Notes: generated from the sequence alone by a model not told the origin. Counted from the first letter of the stretch, positions 48,734 through 59,146 are shown. The stretch: DNA of 64,000 nucleotides from an uncultured virus (IMG/VR IMGVR_UViG_3300009529_000008) (IMGVR_UViG_3300009529_000008); one strand, 5' to 3'. Numbers and translations: made by a program.

Positions 48734-49065
48734 ATTTTAAAAAATGGCTCAAAGGAAGCAGATTAGCGGAAATGGTTGATGAAGCTGCGATAGTAAAAAA
48801 AGTAGAGAAAGCAAAACAAAGAAAAGAATTAGAGAAAGAATTAAAAGAAGAGGCGGCACCACTGGTCGAAGAACTTGGTTTTTCTTTAGAAGAAGCAATG
48901 TTATATGTACAAGCGAAGAGACGAAAAGAAAGAGCAAAAGAGAAAATAAAACAAATGAAAGAAGGGTTTAGTAAATTTCAAGATTTTTGTGATCTGCGAG
49001 TTGAACCACCTAAAAGTATTATCTCGCAAAAAGGAGGAGAAAAAAATGAGAGAAAAACTAAGTAA
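48730..49065 (+). CDS. Charged helical protein
   Basis: GGAGG SD. Confidence 0.55.
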   Translation: MNFKKWLKGSRLAEMVDEAAIVKKVEKAKQRKELEKELKEEAAPLVEELGFSLEEAMLYVQAKRRKERAKEKIKQMKEGFSKFQDFCDLRVEPPKSIISQKGGEKNERKTK

Positions 49066-49522
49066 AAGAGAGAAAGAAAAACGCAAAGCAGAAAGAAAGG
49101 AAAGACGTGCAGAAGCAATGGCTGAAATGAGAAGACGTGCAGCTATGTTTGGAGGTACACGGATAGTAAAATTTGATGGACATGAAACAGTTGTACCCAT
49201 AATTGCAAAAGAGCAATATACAAAAAAGAAGAAAGTGGAAAGAAAAAATGATGTGCCACCACCAATTCCAACATTTTCGTGGAACACTACCGCACAAACA
49301 ATGGAAAAAATAGAACCGGTAAGCATAAAAGAAATAGAGGAGAAGGGAAAAATGGGAAAAGCAAGAAAAGCAATTAAAAAAGCAGAACAAGTAGGAGCAA
49401 AGATAGAAACAGGACGTAAACTTGGAGAGAATTTCTTTGGGAGAATCACTGAGAATATTGTAGAAGGAGGGTTAATACCAAGAACATGGTTTGAAAAAAG
49501 AAAGTCACGAACCCCGCGCTAA
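49046..49522 (+). CDS. Basic protein; C-terminus altered by the IscB insertion
   Basis: GGAGGA SD; the empty site would end ...FEKRK-stop. Confidence 0.6.
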   Translation: MREKLSKREKEKRKAERKERRAEAMAEMRRRAAMFGGTRIVKFDGHETVVPIIAKEQYTKKKKVERKNDVPPPIPTFSWNTTAQTMEKIEPVSIKEIEEKGKMGKARKAIKKAEQVGAKIETGRKLGENFFGRITENIVEGGLIPRTWFEKRKSRTPR

Positions 49523-49785
49523 AGCGCGAGGCATGTCGTAAGACATAGCCTCTTCGTGATTAGGGAGCGTAGAAGAAAGATGCAAACAGAAGCAGAAGAA
49601 AAAAATACGCAGCAGTTGGGAAGTAGCATCATGCCTGGGATACTGCTCACGTCTCCACAAGGCATGGTCGAAGGGTTAAAGACTACGAGGGGTAGTAGCG
49701 GTGCTCTCGACGTAAAAACGCTTTCCAACAATCCCAAGGAACAGGGACTCCGACCAGCAGGAGAGCCTAAAGCGAAATCGCTGGT
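49484..49785 (+). ncRNA. Predicted omega-RNA (guide about 49484-49503 plus scaffold)
   Basis: Blocks GATTAGGGAGCG, CGCAGCAGTT and AACAATCCC shared with element 2. Confidence 0.7.
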
Positions 49786-51042
49786 ATATGTCATAAATAA
49801 AAACGGGAAGCCTTTAATGCCGTGCAAATCGGCAAAGGCAAGACATTTGTTAGAAGCAGGCAAGGCAAAAGTAGCGAACCACAATCCTTTTACCATTCAG
49901 CTATTGTGGGATTGTGAAGAGAATGTGGACAAATTAGTGTTAGGAATAGATGCAGGTTACAAGACCATTGGATATAGCGTAATATCGAAAACACGAGAAT
50001 TGATAGCAGGCGAACTCGAATTAAGAACAGACATAAAGAGATTATTGGATAAGAGAAGAGCATATAGGAGAACGCGCAGAAGTAGATTATGGTATAGAAA
50101 ACCGGGGTTCGAACATAATACCAAAAAGGAAGGATGGCTTGCCCCAAGTCTTCAGCATAAGTTAGATAGTCATATCAAACTTGTTGAGCGATTGAAGCAG
50201 ATATTACCGGTAACAAAAGTGATAGTAGAAGTAGCTTCATTTGACCAGCAGAAGATGCAACACCCTGAGATAACCGGTGTAGAATACCAGCAGGGTGAAC
50301 TTCGAGGTTATGAAGTAAGAGAGTATCTGTTAGAGAAGTGGCAACGCAAGTGCGCTTACTGCGGTAAGGAGGACGTGCCATTGGAAGTAGAGCATATCGT
50401 GCCGAAGTCAAGAGGCGGCAGTGATAGAGTGTCTAATTTGGCTATAAGTTGCCACGACTGCAACCGGGAGAAGGGCAACCTAACCGCAGAGGAGTTTGGA
50501 CACCCAGAGATACAAAAGAAAACGAGACAATCGTTAAAAGCAACGGCATTTATGAACGTTATACGGTGGAAACTGGTGAACATACTTGGTTGTGGTTATA
50601 CTTATGGTTATATCACGAAATACAATCGCATAAAGTGTGGACTGACGAAGTCACACGTGAACGATGCGTTTGTTATTGGCGGTGGTAAGAATACACATAA
50701 CCGTGCAGAAGTGCATGTGATTACGAAACAGGTGCGAAGACAAAACAGGAGTTTATACAAGGCGAACTTATTGAAAGGTGGGAAGTTAAAACGGAATACC
50801 GTGAAAGAAGTAAAAGGCTTCAGGAGGTTTGACAAGGTGATGTACGGAAAGGTAAAATGCTTCATATTTGGATTGAGGAGTAGTGGATATTTCAATTTGA
50901 AAACAATAGAAGGCGAAAAGGTAAATGATTCAGTAAGTTGTAAAAAGTTGACATTCGTAGAAAGAGCAAGAGGAAGAATAGAGGAGATGAAAAGGGCAGT
51001 TCCTCTCTGGACTGAAGTCCAGAGTCTCCCTGCCCCTGTATG
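49504..51042 (+). mobile_element. Non-autonomous IscB (OMEGA) element 1, followed by ATGA
   Basis: Starts GTCACGAACCCCGCGCTAAAGCGCG hairpin; ends with hairpin GGGCAG..TCTGGACTGAAGTCCAGA..CTGCCC; empty site restores the upstream stop codon. Confidence 0.85.
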
Positions 51043-51043
51043 A
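49580..51043 (+). CDS. iscB: IscB RNA-guided nuclease
   Basis: PLMP, GIDAG, RR.YRR.RR.R bridge helix, VE..SFD, CAYC...EHIVP.SRGG....NL...C..CN, SH.NDA. Confidence 0.95.
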   Translation: MQTEAEEKNTQQLGSSIMPGILLTSPQGMVEGLKTTRGSSGALDVKTLSNNPKEQGLRPAGEPKAKSLVYVINKNGKPLMPCKSAKARHLLEAGKAKVANHNPFTIQLLWDCEENVDKLVLGIDAGYKTIGYSVISKTRELIAGELELRTDIKRLLDKRRAYRRTRRSRLWYRKPGFEHNTKKEGWLAPSLQHKLDSHIKLVERLKQILPVTKVIVEVASFDQQKMQHPEITGVEYQQGELRGYEVREYLLEKWQRKCAYCGKEDVPLEVEHIVPKSRGGSDRVSNLAISCHDCNREKGNLTAEEFGHPEIQKKTRQSLKATAFMNVIRWKLVNILGCGYTYGYITKYNRIKCGLTKSHVNDAFVIGGGKNTHNRAEVHVITKQVRRQNRSLYKANLLKGGKLKRNTVKEVKGFRRFDKVMYGKVKCFIFGLRSSGYFNLKTIEGEKVNDSVSCKKLTFVERARGRIEEMKRAVPLWTEVQSLPAPV

Positions 51044-51098
51044 TGAAAGAAGAAGAGATTGAAATATGGGTTAAATATTTAGGAGGTGAAAAAAGAAA

Positions 51099-51332
51099 AT
51101 GGTATCACCAGATAGGAAATTAGTTGTAAAAACTATGCGTAAACACCTTGACATACCTGAAAAAGTATTGATTGATGGAAAATACTATAGGTTGTTTGAC
51201 ATGTGGAATTCAAGATCTCAAGCTATAGTATATGCCGATAAAATGAGGAAAAAGGGGTGGATTGTACGTATGAAATTACGTGTAAGAAAGGGCGAGGCTA
51301 AAGTGTGGATATTGTATCGCAGAAGGAAATAG
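51099..51332 (+). CDS. Small basic protein (F[DN]GK.Y family)
   Basis: LIDGKYY...SRSQA..YA..MR.KGW.VR...WILYRR; GGAGGTGA SD. Confidence 0.7.
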   Translation: MVSPDRKLVVKTMRKHLDIPEKVLIDGKYYRLFDMWNSRSQAIVYADKMRKKGWIVRMKLRVRKGEAKVWILYRRRK

Positions 51333-51353
51333 ACCTTATGAAAAACAATAAAT

Positions 51354-52586
51354 CTAATAAAAAGTACTATTAGATTTATTAATTTCTTTATTCGTTACAC
51401 GTAATGGGTGTAAGGCACACCCTCCTACACCATCCACTTCTCTTTGCAGAAAGGCTTTTGGTTCGCTTTTAGCTATTATGTTGTAGCTCGCATTGACGTC
51501 GGCATTTATCAACAAACCTTTTGCAGTCCTGAACAATCCTCGTTTTATTCGCTTGCCTAAATATTTGTTGTGGTGTTTTATCGGTTCATTATCCAAGAAG
51601 CTACAAACACTTGTATGGCTCTCTTCTTGTTCTTTTAAGGTTATTCCTACCTCTTCTACTTTATAACTAAGTTTTTGAATAATTGTATCAAAAGGGATTA
51701 ATACAAAATTCTGATTGTTTTTTCTTCCTAATTTAATCTTCTGTTTCCAATATTGATTTTTGCCAATTACTATTGTCCCTATGTTATGTTTTACACACCA
51801 ATCTACCATCCATTTTGTTAGTTTATGTATCCAATCATTTGCTTTTTTATCTCTTTTTACTTGTAGTCTTCGCATCTTATCACCATACTTAATTCCTTGC
51901 GTTGCATATATATTCTGCAATTCTGCTTTTCGTTTATTATAGAATTGATTTATAGATTTTATACCACTTCCATCATCTTTTATAACAATTGGTTTTAATC
52001 CAATGTTATTTACCATTGCGATGATATTCTTGCTTCCAAAATCAATTCCTACTATTCTACTTTGGTCTTTTTCTTCTATATCTACTTCCTTTTCATATAC
52101 AATTTCTGCTACATATCCTACTCCTTTAGGTATGATTCTTACTTCTCTAAGGTTTGTATTATCTGGGAGGCGTGTCTTTACCTTAATTCCCCCTTTCTTT
52201 GGAAATTTGAGTATGCCGTCTTTTATGTGACATTGTTGGTTTGTAAAAATAAGGATATGCTCCCCGTTCTTCTTCTTATAGTGAGGCGGATTTGGTTTCT
52301 TTAGGAATTTGTCCGGATGCTTTTTCCACGCTCTTATAGCTCTAAAAAATGAAGTCCAACTTTTGTCTAAGAGTTTAAGAATTTGTTGAGATGTTTGAGT
52401 TGGTAGAGATTGGTAGTTTTCGCTTTCTTCTTTGAGAATTTTATTAAGGTCACCGTAGCGAATCCATTTACCTTTCTCTGCATTTTTGATGATGTAATTA
52501 GCCTGGTTAAACAAATTCTTAGATAAGTGACACAATTTGCTGATTATTCTGTTAGCTTTCATCCATATTTGTTCTGTTCGTATCAT
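51354..52586 (-). CDS. tnpB: TnpB RNA-guided nuclease, rearranged-RuvC clade (paralog of 33773)
   Basis: RTEQIW, SKNL.NQANY, GIDFGSKN, VIG.N..WKQ, EESHTS, INADVNA; right end TGTTTTTCATAAGG near 51334. Confidence 0.93.
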   Translation of the reverse strand: MIRTEQIWMKANRIISKLCHLSKNLFNQANYIIKNAEKGKWIRYGDLNKILKEESENYQSLPTQTSQQILKLLDKSWTSFFRAIRAWKKHPDKFLKKPNPPHYKKKNGEHILIFTNQQCHIKDGILKFPKKGGIKVKTRLPDNTNLREVRIIPKGVGYVAEIVYEKEVDIEEKDQSRIVGIDFGSKNIIAMVNNIGLKPIVIKDDGSGIKSINQFYNKRKAELQNIYATQGIKYGDKMRRLQVKRDKKANDWIHKLTKWMVDWCVKHNIGTIVIGKNQYWKQKIKLGRKNNQNFVLIPFDTIIQKLSYKVEEVGITLKEQEESHTSVCSFLDNEPIKHHNKYLGKRIKRGLFRTAKGLLINADVNASYNIIAKSEPKAFLQREVDGVGGCALHPLRVTNKEINKSNSTFY

Positions 52587-52719
52587 TGATATTATTCTAC
52601 TACATACAACTCCATTACAGCAATAATTAGTCATTTTCTTATCTTTTATAATAAATGTAATTTGATATTTATTAAGGTTTATTGTTTGTTGGTATTATAA
52701 ACAAGTTCAAATATTACAA

Positions 52720-52908
52720 TCATTTTTCTTCTCTTTCTATCTCCTCTTTCATCTCTTCCAACACTTCTATATCTAACTTCTGATTGAGCCATTTATCCGA
52801 CCGTTTCTGGTTGATAAGAAACTCAATGTATGCTTTACGCTTTTCTTTGGTTATGCCCAACTTCTTCATCAGGTTTTCAAAATATTCATGTCGTTCTTGT
52901 TTGTTCAT
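52720..52908 (-). CDS. Hypothetical protein
   Basis: Minus-strand run; A-rich leader. Confidence 0.5.
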   Translation of the reverse strand: MNKQERHEYFENLMKKLGITKEKRKAYIEFLINQKRSDKWLNQKLDIEVLEEMKEEIEREEK

Positions 52909-52912
52909 TTTT

Positions 52913-53137
52913 TTACGTCTCCTTACCGATTGCTAAAAACAATACACCTAACATTAGTGCTACTCCCCCTACAATAATTGTATGTGGAGTGGAGGATGAA
53001 ATCGAGAGCAAAATTAGTGCATAACAAAAAGCTGAAATTAAAAACATTCCTGCTGCCCCGATATATAACATACATTGGGTTAGACCAGTATCCATATCCA
53101 AACAACATTTATTTCTTTCTTTGTTCTCTTTTTTCAT
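52913..53137 (-). CDS. Small membrane protein
   Basis: Two hydrophobic helices. Confidence 0.5.
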   Translation of the reverse strand: MKKENKERNKCCLDMDTGLTQCMLYIGAAGMFLISAFCYALILLSISSSTPHTIIVGGVALMLGVLFLAIGKET

Positions 53138-53279
53138 TTTTCTATAAACTCCTTTGGAACATCAGATTCCGGTATTTCGCGGATATGCAAAATCCATCTT
53201 CTAAATAATATCAATCCTTGATAGTATTTTACAGTCTTACCGTACACACACGTATGTATTACTCTGTCTATTATTTTAT

Positions 53280-54811
53280 CTAAGTGCCGAGAAGACCCCT
53301 TCCGAGTTTGCTCGGTGGGGGATGAATCGGCTTCACTCCCATTGTATTCCTTTTCCATATTTTAACACCTCTACATTCTTAATGTTTGTATTAATTACCT
53401 CGCCCACTTTAGTTACTATTCTTACCCATTTACCGTAACTGAATATGCCTTTTACTCTGCATAGCATACTGCTATAATTCACCAAATCGTTGGGTTGCAT
53501 TTTGTATCTTTGACGCCGTATTGATGGTTTGTAACCCTTTCGGTTTGTTTGTATGCTTCTGTTGTTTCGTCTTGTTTGTGTTAGTTGCTGTGCTTTGCTT
53601 CTTTCTTGGGTGTTCCCGCCGCCAGCAATAATAAACGCATCATTTACATGTGATTTTTCTAAGCCTTGTTGTATTCGGTTGTGTTTCGTGATGTAGCCAT
53701 AAGTCCAATTGCAATTAAGGATATTCACCAGTTTCCACCGGATATTATTCATAAATGCCGTTGCTTTCAGCGATTGCTTTGCTTGTTTCTGTATTTCCGG
53801 ATAGCCGAATTCCGCTGCTGTCAGGTCGCCTTTTTTATGGTTACATTTGTGGCATGCGATTGTGAGGTTGGAGACTCTATCACTTCCTCCTCTTGATTTT
53901 GGTATGATATGTTCCACTTGCAACGGCACATTTGTCTCACCACAGTAAGCGCACTTTCTGCACCATTTCTCCAGCAAGTATTCACGCACTTCATAACCTT
54001 GTAGCTTGCCTTGCTGGTATTCTATACCGGTTATATCGGGTTTTTGCATCTTCTGGGTGTCGAAACTTGCTACTTCTACGATTGTTTTCGTTATCGGCAG
54101 TATTCGCTCCAAGCGGTCTATTAATCGGATATGTGTTTGTAGTTTGTGTTCCAGAGAAGGAGCTAACCAGCCGTCTCTTCTACCGCGATTATCGAATCTC
54201 GACTCTCTATACCATTTCTGGTTTCTTCTTCCCCTGCGGTATGCACTGCGCATTTGTAACAACTTCTTGATGTTGCTCCTCAATTTGAGTTCACCCGCTA
54301 TCAATTCGCGGTTTGTTGTCGTTGCGCTGTATCCGATGTGTGCATAACCCGCATCTATGCCCAACACTATCTCTTGTTTCGCTTCGCCTGTTGAATACAA
54401 TAACCGGATAACAAATGGTGCCCGGCTAACTACTTTCGCTTTACCCTGTTCCAACAGTTTACGTGCTTTCCGCGGTGTCGTTGGCATCAATGGCTCACCA
54501 CGCATATTTAATACAGGTACTCGCAAGTCCTGTCCACTCTTGCCAGAGTGTCGGTTCCCATCGGGATTGTTAAGAAGGGTTTTTGAATCCGGCACACTGA
54601 GAGTTGCCTCTCTGTTTAATGACGGATCACAGTTGCTACGGACTTGGGAAGCATCCGTAGGTGTGTATGTATTTCTCCTTCCTAACTGCTGCGTCTTTTT
54701 TTCCATTTCTTTCTTTTCCTTTTACGCTCCCTAATCAACCAGTTGCCCTCGCTCCTCACGGAACAAGCCCCTCCCTCAAAACCTGTTAGGGTTTAGGGAG
54801 GGGTGATTGAC
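53280..54811 (-). mobile_element. Non-autonomous IscB element 2, followed by ATAA
   Basis: Starts GTCAATCACCCCTCCCTAAA hairpin; ends GCCGA..CCCC.CCGAGCAAACTCGG.GGGG..TCGGC; empty site gives ...ENEIK-stop for the upstream gene. Confidence 0.8.
53333..54706 (-). CDS. iscB: IscB RNA-guided nuclease
   Basis: PLMP, GIDAG, bridge helix, VE..SFD, HNH, SH.NDA. Confidence 0.95.
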   Translation of the reverse strand: MEKKTQQLGRRNTYTPTDASQVRSNCDPSLNREATLSVPDSKTLLNNPDGNRHSGKSGQDLRVPVLNMRGEPLMPTTPRKARKLLEQGKAKVVSRAPFVIRLLYSTGEAKQEIVLGIDAGYAHIGYSATTTNRELIAGELKLRSNIKKLLQMRSAYRRGRRNQKWYRESRFDNRGRRDGWLAPSLEHKLQTHIRLIDRLERILPITKTIVEVASFDTQKMQKPDITGIEYQQGKLQGYEVREYLLEKWCRKCAYCGETNVPLQVEHIIPKSRGGSDRVSNLTIACHKCNHKKGDLTAAEFGYPEIQKQAKQSLKATAFMNNIRWKLVNILNCNWTYGYITKHNRIQQGLEKSHVNDAFIIAGGGNTQERSKAQQLTQTRRNNRSIQTNRKGYKPSIRRQRYKMQPNDLVNYSSMLCRVKGIFSYGKWVRIVTKVGEVINTNIKNVEVLKYGKGIQWE

Positions 54812-54831
54812 CTCATTCTCTCTTATTGAAA
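54520..54831 (-). ncRNA. Predicted omega-RNA (guide about 54831-54812 plus scaffold)
   Basis: Same conserved blocks as element 1. Confidence 0.7.
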
Positions 54832-55165
54832 CCCGTGTAAAAAATTGTTCTCTGTGAGTAATAATCCACTCAATTTCATATTTGTTTCCTTTTTTGAGTT
54901 GATTAAATCGGACTTTGGGAATGTCTTTATACATCATAATACCTTCACACCCTATAAGGTATATGTAGCCATCAGTATCCGCGAAATAATAATCTCCTTC
55001 GTTTCCTTCCCATAGATGCTCTATTGTAATTTCAGCTTCATGCACAGACGTTTCCAATATTGTTGGCAAAAACCAAATATAAAGAAACCCGAAAGCTATT
55101 GCAACAACTGAAAAAATGGTTAGAAAAGTATACCTATCCATCCATCCTTTTTTTTCTTCATTCAT
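54776..55165 (-). CDS. Membrane-anchored OB-fold-like protein; C-terminus altered by IscB element 2
   Basis: N-terminal TM; F..LKKG.KY.I. Confidence 0.55.
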   Translation of the reverse strand: MNEEKKGWMDRYTFLTIFSVVAIAFGFLYIWFLPTILETSVHEAEITIEHLWEGNEGDYYFADTDGYIYLIGCEGIMMYKDIPKVRFNQLKKGNKYEIEWIITHREQFFTRVSIRENEVNHPSLNPNRF

Positions 55166-55195
55166 TTTTTTTTCTTCAAATATATCATAGAGTAT

Positions 55196-55217
55196 AGGGG
55201 TATATAAATCTTTCGAT
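55196..55217 (-). promoter_or_regulatory. BRE/TATA promoter, ATCGAAAG-N-TTTATATA class
   Basis: ATCGAAAGATTTATATACCCCT on the minus strand. Confidence 0.7.
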
Positions 55218-55293
55218 ATTTAAAAAATAAAAACTAACTTTATGAATGAAACTTTATATGACATTATTACCAAAAATCAAAACTCTAAAATAA

Positions 55294-55309
55294 ACGAAAA
55301 CTTTATATA
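55294..55309 (+). promoter_or_regulatory. BRE/TATA promoter for the adhesin operon
   Basis: ACGAAAACTTTATATA. Confidence 0.55.
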
Positions 55310-55462
55310 TTACAAAATACATTATAAGATTAATATCTTCCTCGCCCTTCCAAAATTATATGAGAACGGCGAGTAATATAATTTAAAAATGCAATTAGAC
55401 AAAGAGCAACTTAGGATATTAAAATATTTCTGGTGTGAAGAGTACGAGGGGAACTATATAAA

Positions 55463-58400
55463 TTGAAAAAGATATTAGTGATAGGAATAATTGCACTCTT
55501 AGTAATCTCATTAGTTTCACCTGTTCAAGCGGGTACAATTGATGATTTAATTGAGTCTGTAAAGATATTTTTTGGTTACACGCCAAAGGAAGGGTCAAAA
55601 ATAGTGATGCTTAGTGAAGGAAATGAACCAATTACTACCTACGGCAACGGCTGGAAGAAAATTCACTATGCAGATGGTCATATATCACACACCGATGGCA
55701 TACGCACATTTCAACGGTGGGATGGTGAATGGCGACCCCAATCTGAATGGAATACCACTTATATAAATACAACAGAGGGTGTAATAGCAGATGGCGGCAC
55801 CTTCAAATCCATCTTCCACCAGCGTAAAAACACCATTGTGACGGATAAATTCAGCTTTTCGCAGCAGCCATCTGCTTTGCGCTTCCTAAACATTGAGACA
55901 AAAGAGCACACTAAAATACTGGATGCCACCGCGGCTTCTCAAATCACGCTTCAAAACAATAAACTCGTTTATGAAGACATTTACCCTGATATGGATTACG
56001 AATTCATTTATGATGGTATAAAGCTCAAGGAGGATATTGTTTCTCATAAGACAGATTATCCCGCTTCTCCTTACCCGCTTGACAAAACATATCTGGTATT
56101 TTCAACGAAGTTGTGGGAGTTTTCGGGCATTCACAAACTTATGGATGATGATGGTGAAGTCATAATAGATAAAGACGTTAAAGGCATCCTGAAACTTAAA
56201 AATGTGAATGAGGATGTCTTAGCATATCTCCCGATTGGTGATGCTTCTTCCCTTTTTGTAAATCAGACATGCTACAACGAAACAACTGGAGAACCTTATT
56301 TATGCAATCAAACAAAAACCACAACAGTTCGCAACAGGGTGATTAAAGTTGATGGGATATGGTATCTGTTTTCGGGGATAAATTATGCTTGGGTGAAGGA
56401 TGCAAATCGAACTGGTGATATAACGATTGACCCCACTTGGGTTGTCGGTAGCGGCGGTGGCAATGCTTGGAGCGGGAATGTTTCGCATGATAATACCACA
56501 GAAGTACAGGCTACTGGAAAGGTTGAGCTGAGACAGGAAGTAGATGATTATGTTTCTTATTGGAGATTTGATGAAGGTTCTGGGACAAATGCGAATGATG
56601 AGAATACCACGAATAATAATGATGGAACTTTAAAACCAACGGGTTCAGAATCAATATGGAATTCTTCATCAATGTATGGTGATTATGCTTTGGATTTTGA
56701 CGGCACAGATGATTATGTTGATTGCGGGAATGATATGAGTTTGAATCCTACTGATGCGATTACGATAGAAGCGTGGGTGAGAGTGGATACTTTACCAGCT
56801 TCAAGTGATAAAATTATAAATAAACAAGATGCTTGGTTATTTGATATACGAAACCCAAGCGGTAGCACATACGAAATTAGATTTTATAATTATGGCGGTG
56901 CTTCTGGATTAAATTCTGCTGCTGTTGATGTTGGTAAGTGGATTCATGCCACTGTTACTTTTGATAAAGATGTTAGTACAAACAATACAAAACTCTATAT
57001 CAACGGAGTGATAAGTAATCAATTAACCAATCTCAACACTATACCTTCTAACAATAATGTCATTTATATGGGGAGTTATCTTGGTACATCATTTTATTTA
57101 GATGGCACAATAGACGAAGTCCGCATTTACAATCGGGCATTATCCAATAATGAAATCAATCAAACTATGGATAACGAACATAAAACGGAAGGCAACCTCA
57201 CCTCCTGGCACGATGCGGGGAGCGGCAACGAAACCTACAAACTATCTGCAAACTTCACCTTCCCTGCCAACACCAATGCCAGCATCAACCTCTATAACAA
57301 TGATACGGGGGCATTCATAGAAACTTTAGCAACCTACACAACGACTACGAATTGGAATGCCACCATCACCAGCCCAGTTCAGGATTCAAAGGTGAATATA
57401 ACGCTGTACGGGAATGTAAGCCAGACGCCTGAAGTGCACAACATTACATTCCATACGCAGGCATCGGTAAGCGGAACAACACCTTCAATTTCAAATACGA
57501 CAAACGGTAGCATTAACACAACTGCTCATTGGATAGATTGGGATGTAAACCAAAGTTGTGCAAACAGAATAAAATATTCTAATGAATCTGATTTAACACC
57601 TACTTATTGGAGCAATTGGGAAAACAATACGGCAACACCAAACATAACTATTTCCGTATTATCACCTTCTACAACTTATTATTTCCAAGCATGGAGTTAT
57701 AACACAACGAACAATATACTAACAGATAATAGTACAACTTTTAGTTTTACAACACCCACAATAGATACCACCTTCACCGTAAGCTTACCAACAGGCTATA
57801 CTTATGCTCATTTTCAACCACCTAACAGCACTGCTACGAACTATGACCCCGAAGGGCAGAGCAGTATTAATTATACCAATTGGTATAATAGTAGTTGGTC
57901 GTACCGCAAGCAATGGACTATCACCAATGTAAATACCACCACACTAACTAATTATCCAGCATATATTAATGTAACTGATGAACCCGAAATGCAGGCAGAT
58001 TGGGATGATGTAATATTTACGGATTCTAATAATAATTTAATCGCCTACGAATTGGAGAACTACACCGCTGACTTTGGCGATTATTGGGTTAATATCTCAT
58101 TCCTACCCGCAAGTGGTACATATACTGGCTGGATATATTATGGCAATGACGGTGCTTCTTCGCAGGAGAATCCAGAAGGTGTTTATGACAGCAATACTAA
58201 AATGGTACATCATTTGCAAGAAGCGCCTGCTAATGATACGGTAGGGCATCTGGATTCAACTTCAAATGATAATGACGGCACACCAAAGAATTTTAACGGG
58301 ATTGCTACTTCAACAACAGATGGCATGGGACTGATAGATGGTGCAAATGTATTTGACGGCTACAACGACTACATCAGCTGCGGCAACGACCCCTCCCTAA

Positions 58401-59146
58401 ACATCACTGATGCGATTACGATTGAGGCGTGGGTGAAATCTGCTGTAATCGGAACAAGTCAAAGCAATCATGCTGGTATAGTGGCAACTAATGGATATAA
58501 ATTAGATGTAAATGTAGATGGTGATGGAAAATTCTTTTTCAGGGTATATACTGCATCAGGACAACAACCAATAGCAGTTGGCGCAACAATTTCTGAAGCA
58601 GGACAATGGTATTTTGTTGTTGCTCAATATACGGGAAGTAAAATAAGAATATATGTAAATGGTGTTTTGGAGGATGAGGAGAATAGGACAGGGGCAATAA
58701 ATGTTTTTGGGGGGTTAGATATAGGGAGGGAAACAGGAGACGCAAATAGACATTTCAACGGCACAATAGACGAGGTCAGGATTTACAATCGGGCGTTGAG
58801 CGCGGATGAGATTAACCAGAGTTACCAACTCACCACCAACCAGAGCAGTTTTGTGGAGTGGGGAAGTGAAGAAAAATATACTACACCATTTTATCAAGTT
58901 ACAAACATGGGCAATGTCAATTTAGACGTGATAATGCAACTAAATTCAACTATTGCAGATATTGTTTTAAAGGCTGATACTGATAACAATTCATCAGGTG
59001 CTCAGGAAATTAATACCACACAACTTACGATTTATTCTAGTCTGCAACCAGACAATTGCTTAAATGTATGGATTTGGAGCGATTTTAACCACACCGTTGA
59101 GCAACAAACTAACAAAACTTTATATATTAATGTCACACAGTTATAA
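55463..59146 (+). CDS. Large secreted mosaic adhesin: two LamG/concanavalin-like domains, FN3, DUF2341, split C-terminal filament-like domain
   Basis: YWRFDEG, AITIEAWV, LYING, GTIDEVRIYNRALS x2, W.YRK, YYGN; many sequons. Confidence 0.85.
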   Translation: MKKILVIGIIALLVISLVSPVQAGTIDDLIESVKIFFGYTPKEGSKIVMLSEGNEPITTYGNGWKKIHYADGHISHTDGIRTFQRWDGEWRPQSEWNTTYINTTEGVIADGGTFKSIFHQRKNTIVTDKFSFSQQPSALRFLNIETKEHTKILDATAASQITLQNNKLVYEDIYPDMDYEFIYDGIKLKEDIVSHKTDYPASPYPLDKTYLVFSTKLWEFSGIHKLMDDDGEVIIDKDVKGILKLKNVNEDVLAYLPIGDASSLFVNQTCYNETTGEPYLCNQTKTTTVRNRVIKVDGIWYLFSGINYAWVKDANRTGDITIDPTWVVGSGGGNAWSGNVSHDNTTEVQATGKVELRQEVDDYVSYWRFDEGSGTNANDENTTNNNDGTLKPTGSESIWNSSSMYGDYALDFDGTDDYVDCGNDMSLNPTDAITIEAWVRVDTLPASSDKIINKQDAWLFDIRNPSGSTYEIRFYNYGGASGLNSAAVDVGKWIHATVTFDKDVSTNNTKLYINGVISNQLTNLNTIPSNNNVIYMGSYLGTSFYLDGTIDEVRIYNRALSNNEINQTMDNEHKTEGNLTSWHDAGSGNETYKLSANFTFPANTNASINLYNNDTGAFIETLATYTTTTNWNATITSPVQDSKVNITLYGNVSQTPEVHNITFHTQASVSGTTPSISNTTNGSINTTAHWIDWDVNQSCANRIKYSNESDLTPTYWSNWENNTATPNITISVLSPSTTYYFQAWSYNTTNNILTDNSTTFSFTTPTIDTTFTVSLPTGYTYAHFQPPNSTATNYDPEGQSSINYTNWYNSSWSYRKQWTITNVNTTTLTNYPAYINVTDEPEMQADWDDVIFTDSNNNLIAYELENYTADFGDYWVNISFLPASGTYTGWIYYGNDGASSQENPEGVYDSNTKMVHHLQEAPANDTVGHLDSTSNDNDGTPKNFNGIATSTTDGMGLIDGANVFDGYNDYISCGNDPSLNITDAITIEAWVKSAVIGTSQSNHAGIVATNGYKLDVNVDGDGKFFFRVYTASGQQPIAVGATISEAGQWYFVVAQYTGSKIRIYVNGVLEDEENRTGAINVFGGLDIGRETGDANRHFNGTIDEVRIYNRALSADEINQSYQLTTNQSSFVEWGSEEKYTTPFYQVTNMGNVNLDVIMQLNSTIADIVLKADTDNNSSGAQEINTTQLTIYSSLQPDNCLNVWIWSDFNHTVEQQTNKTLYINVTQL

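Noticed and set aside
53134..53358. 74-aa ORF as given in the ORF track
   Set aside because: Its 5' half is the IscB-2 end hairpin; only the 3' part may be a real gene remnant
49556..54706. Cas9
   Set aside because: About 460-490 aa with a PLMP domain, no REC lobe and no array; these are IscB
55463..59146. Diversity-generating retroelement target
   Set aside because: No reverse transcriptase in the window, and repeat mismatches are not adenine-specific
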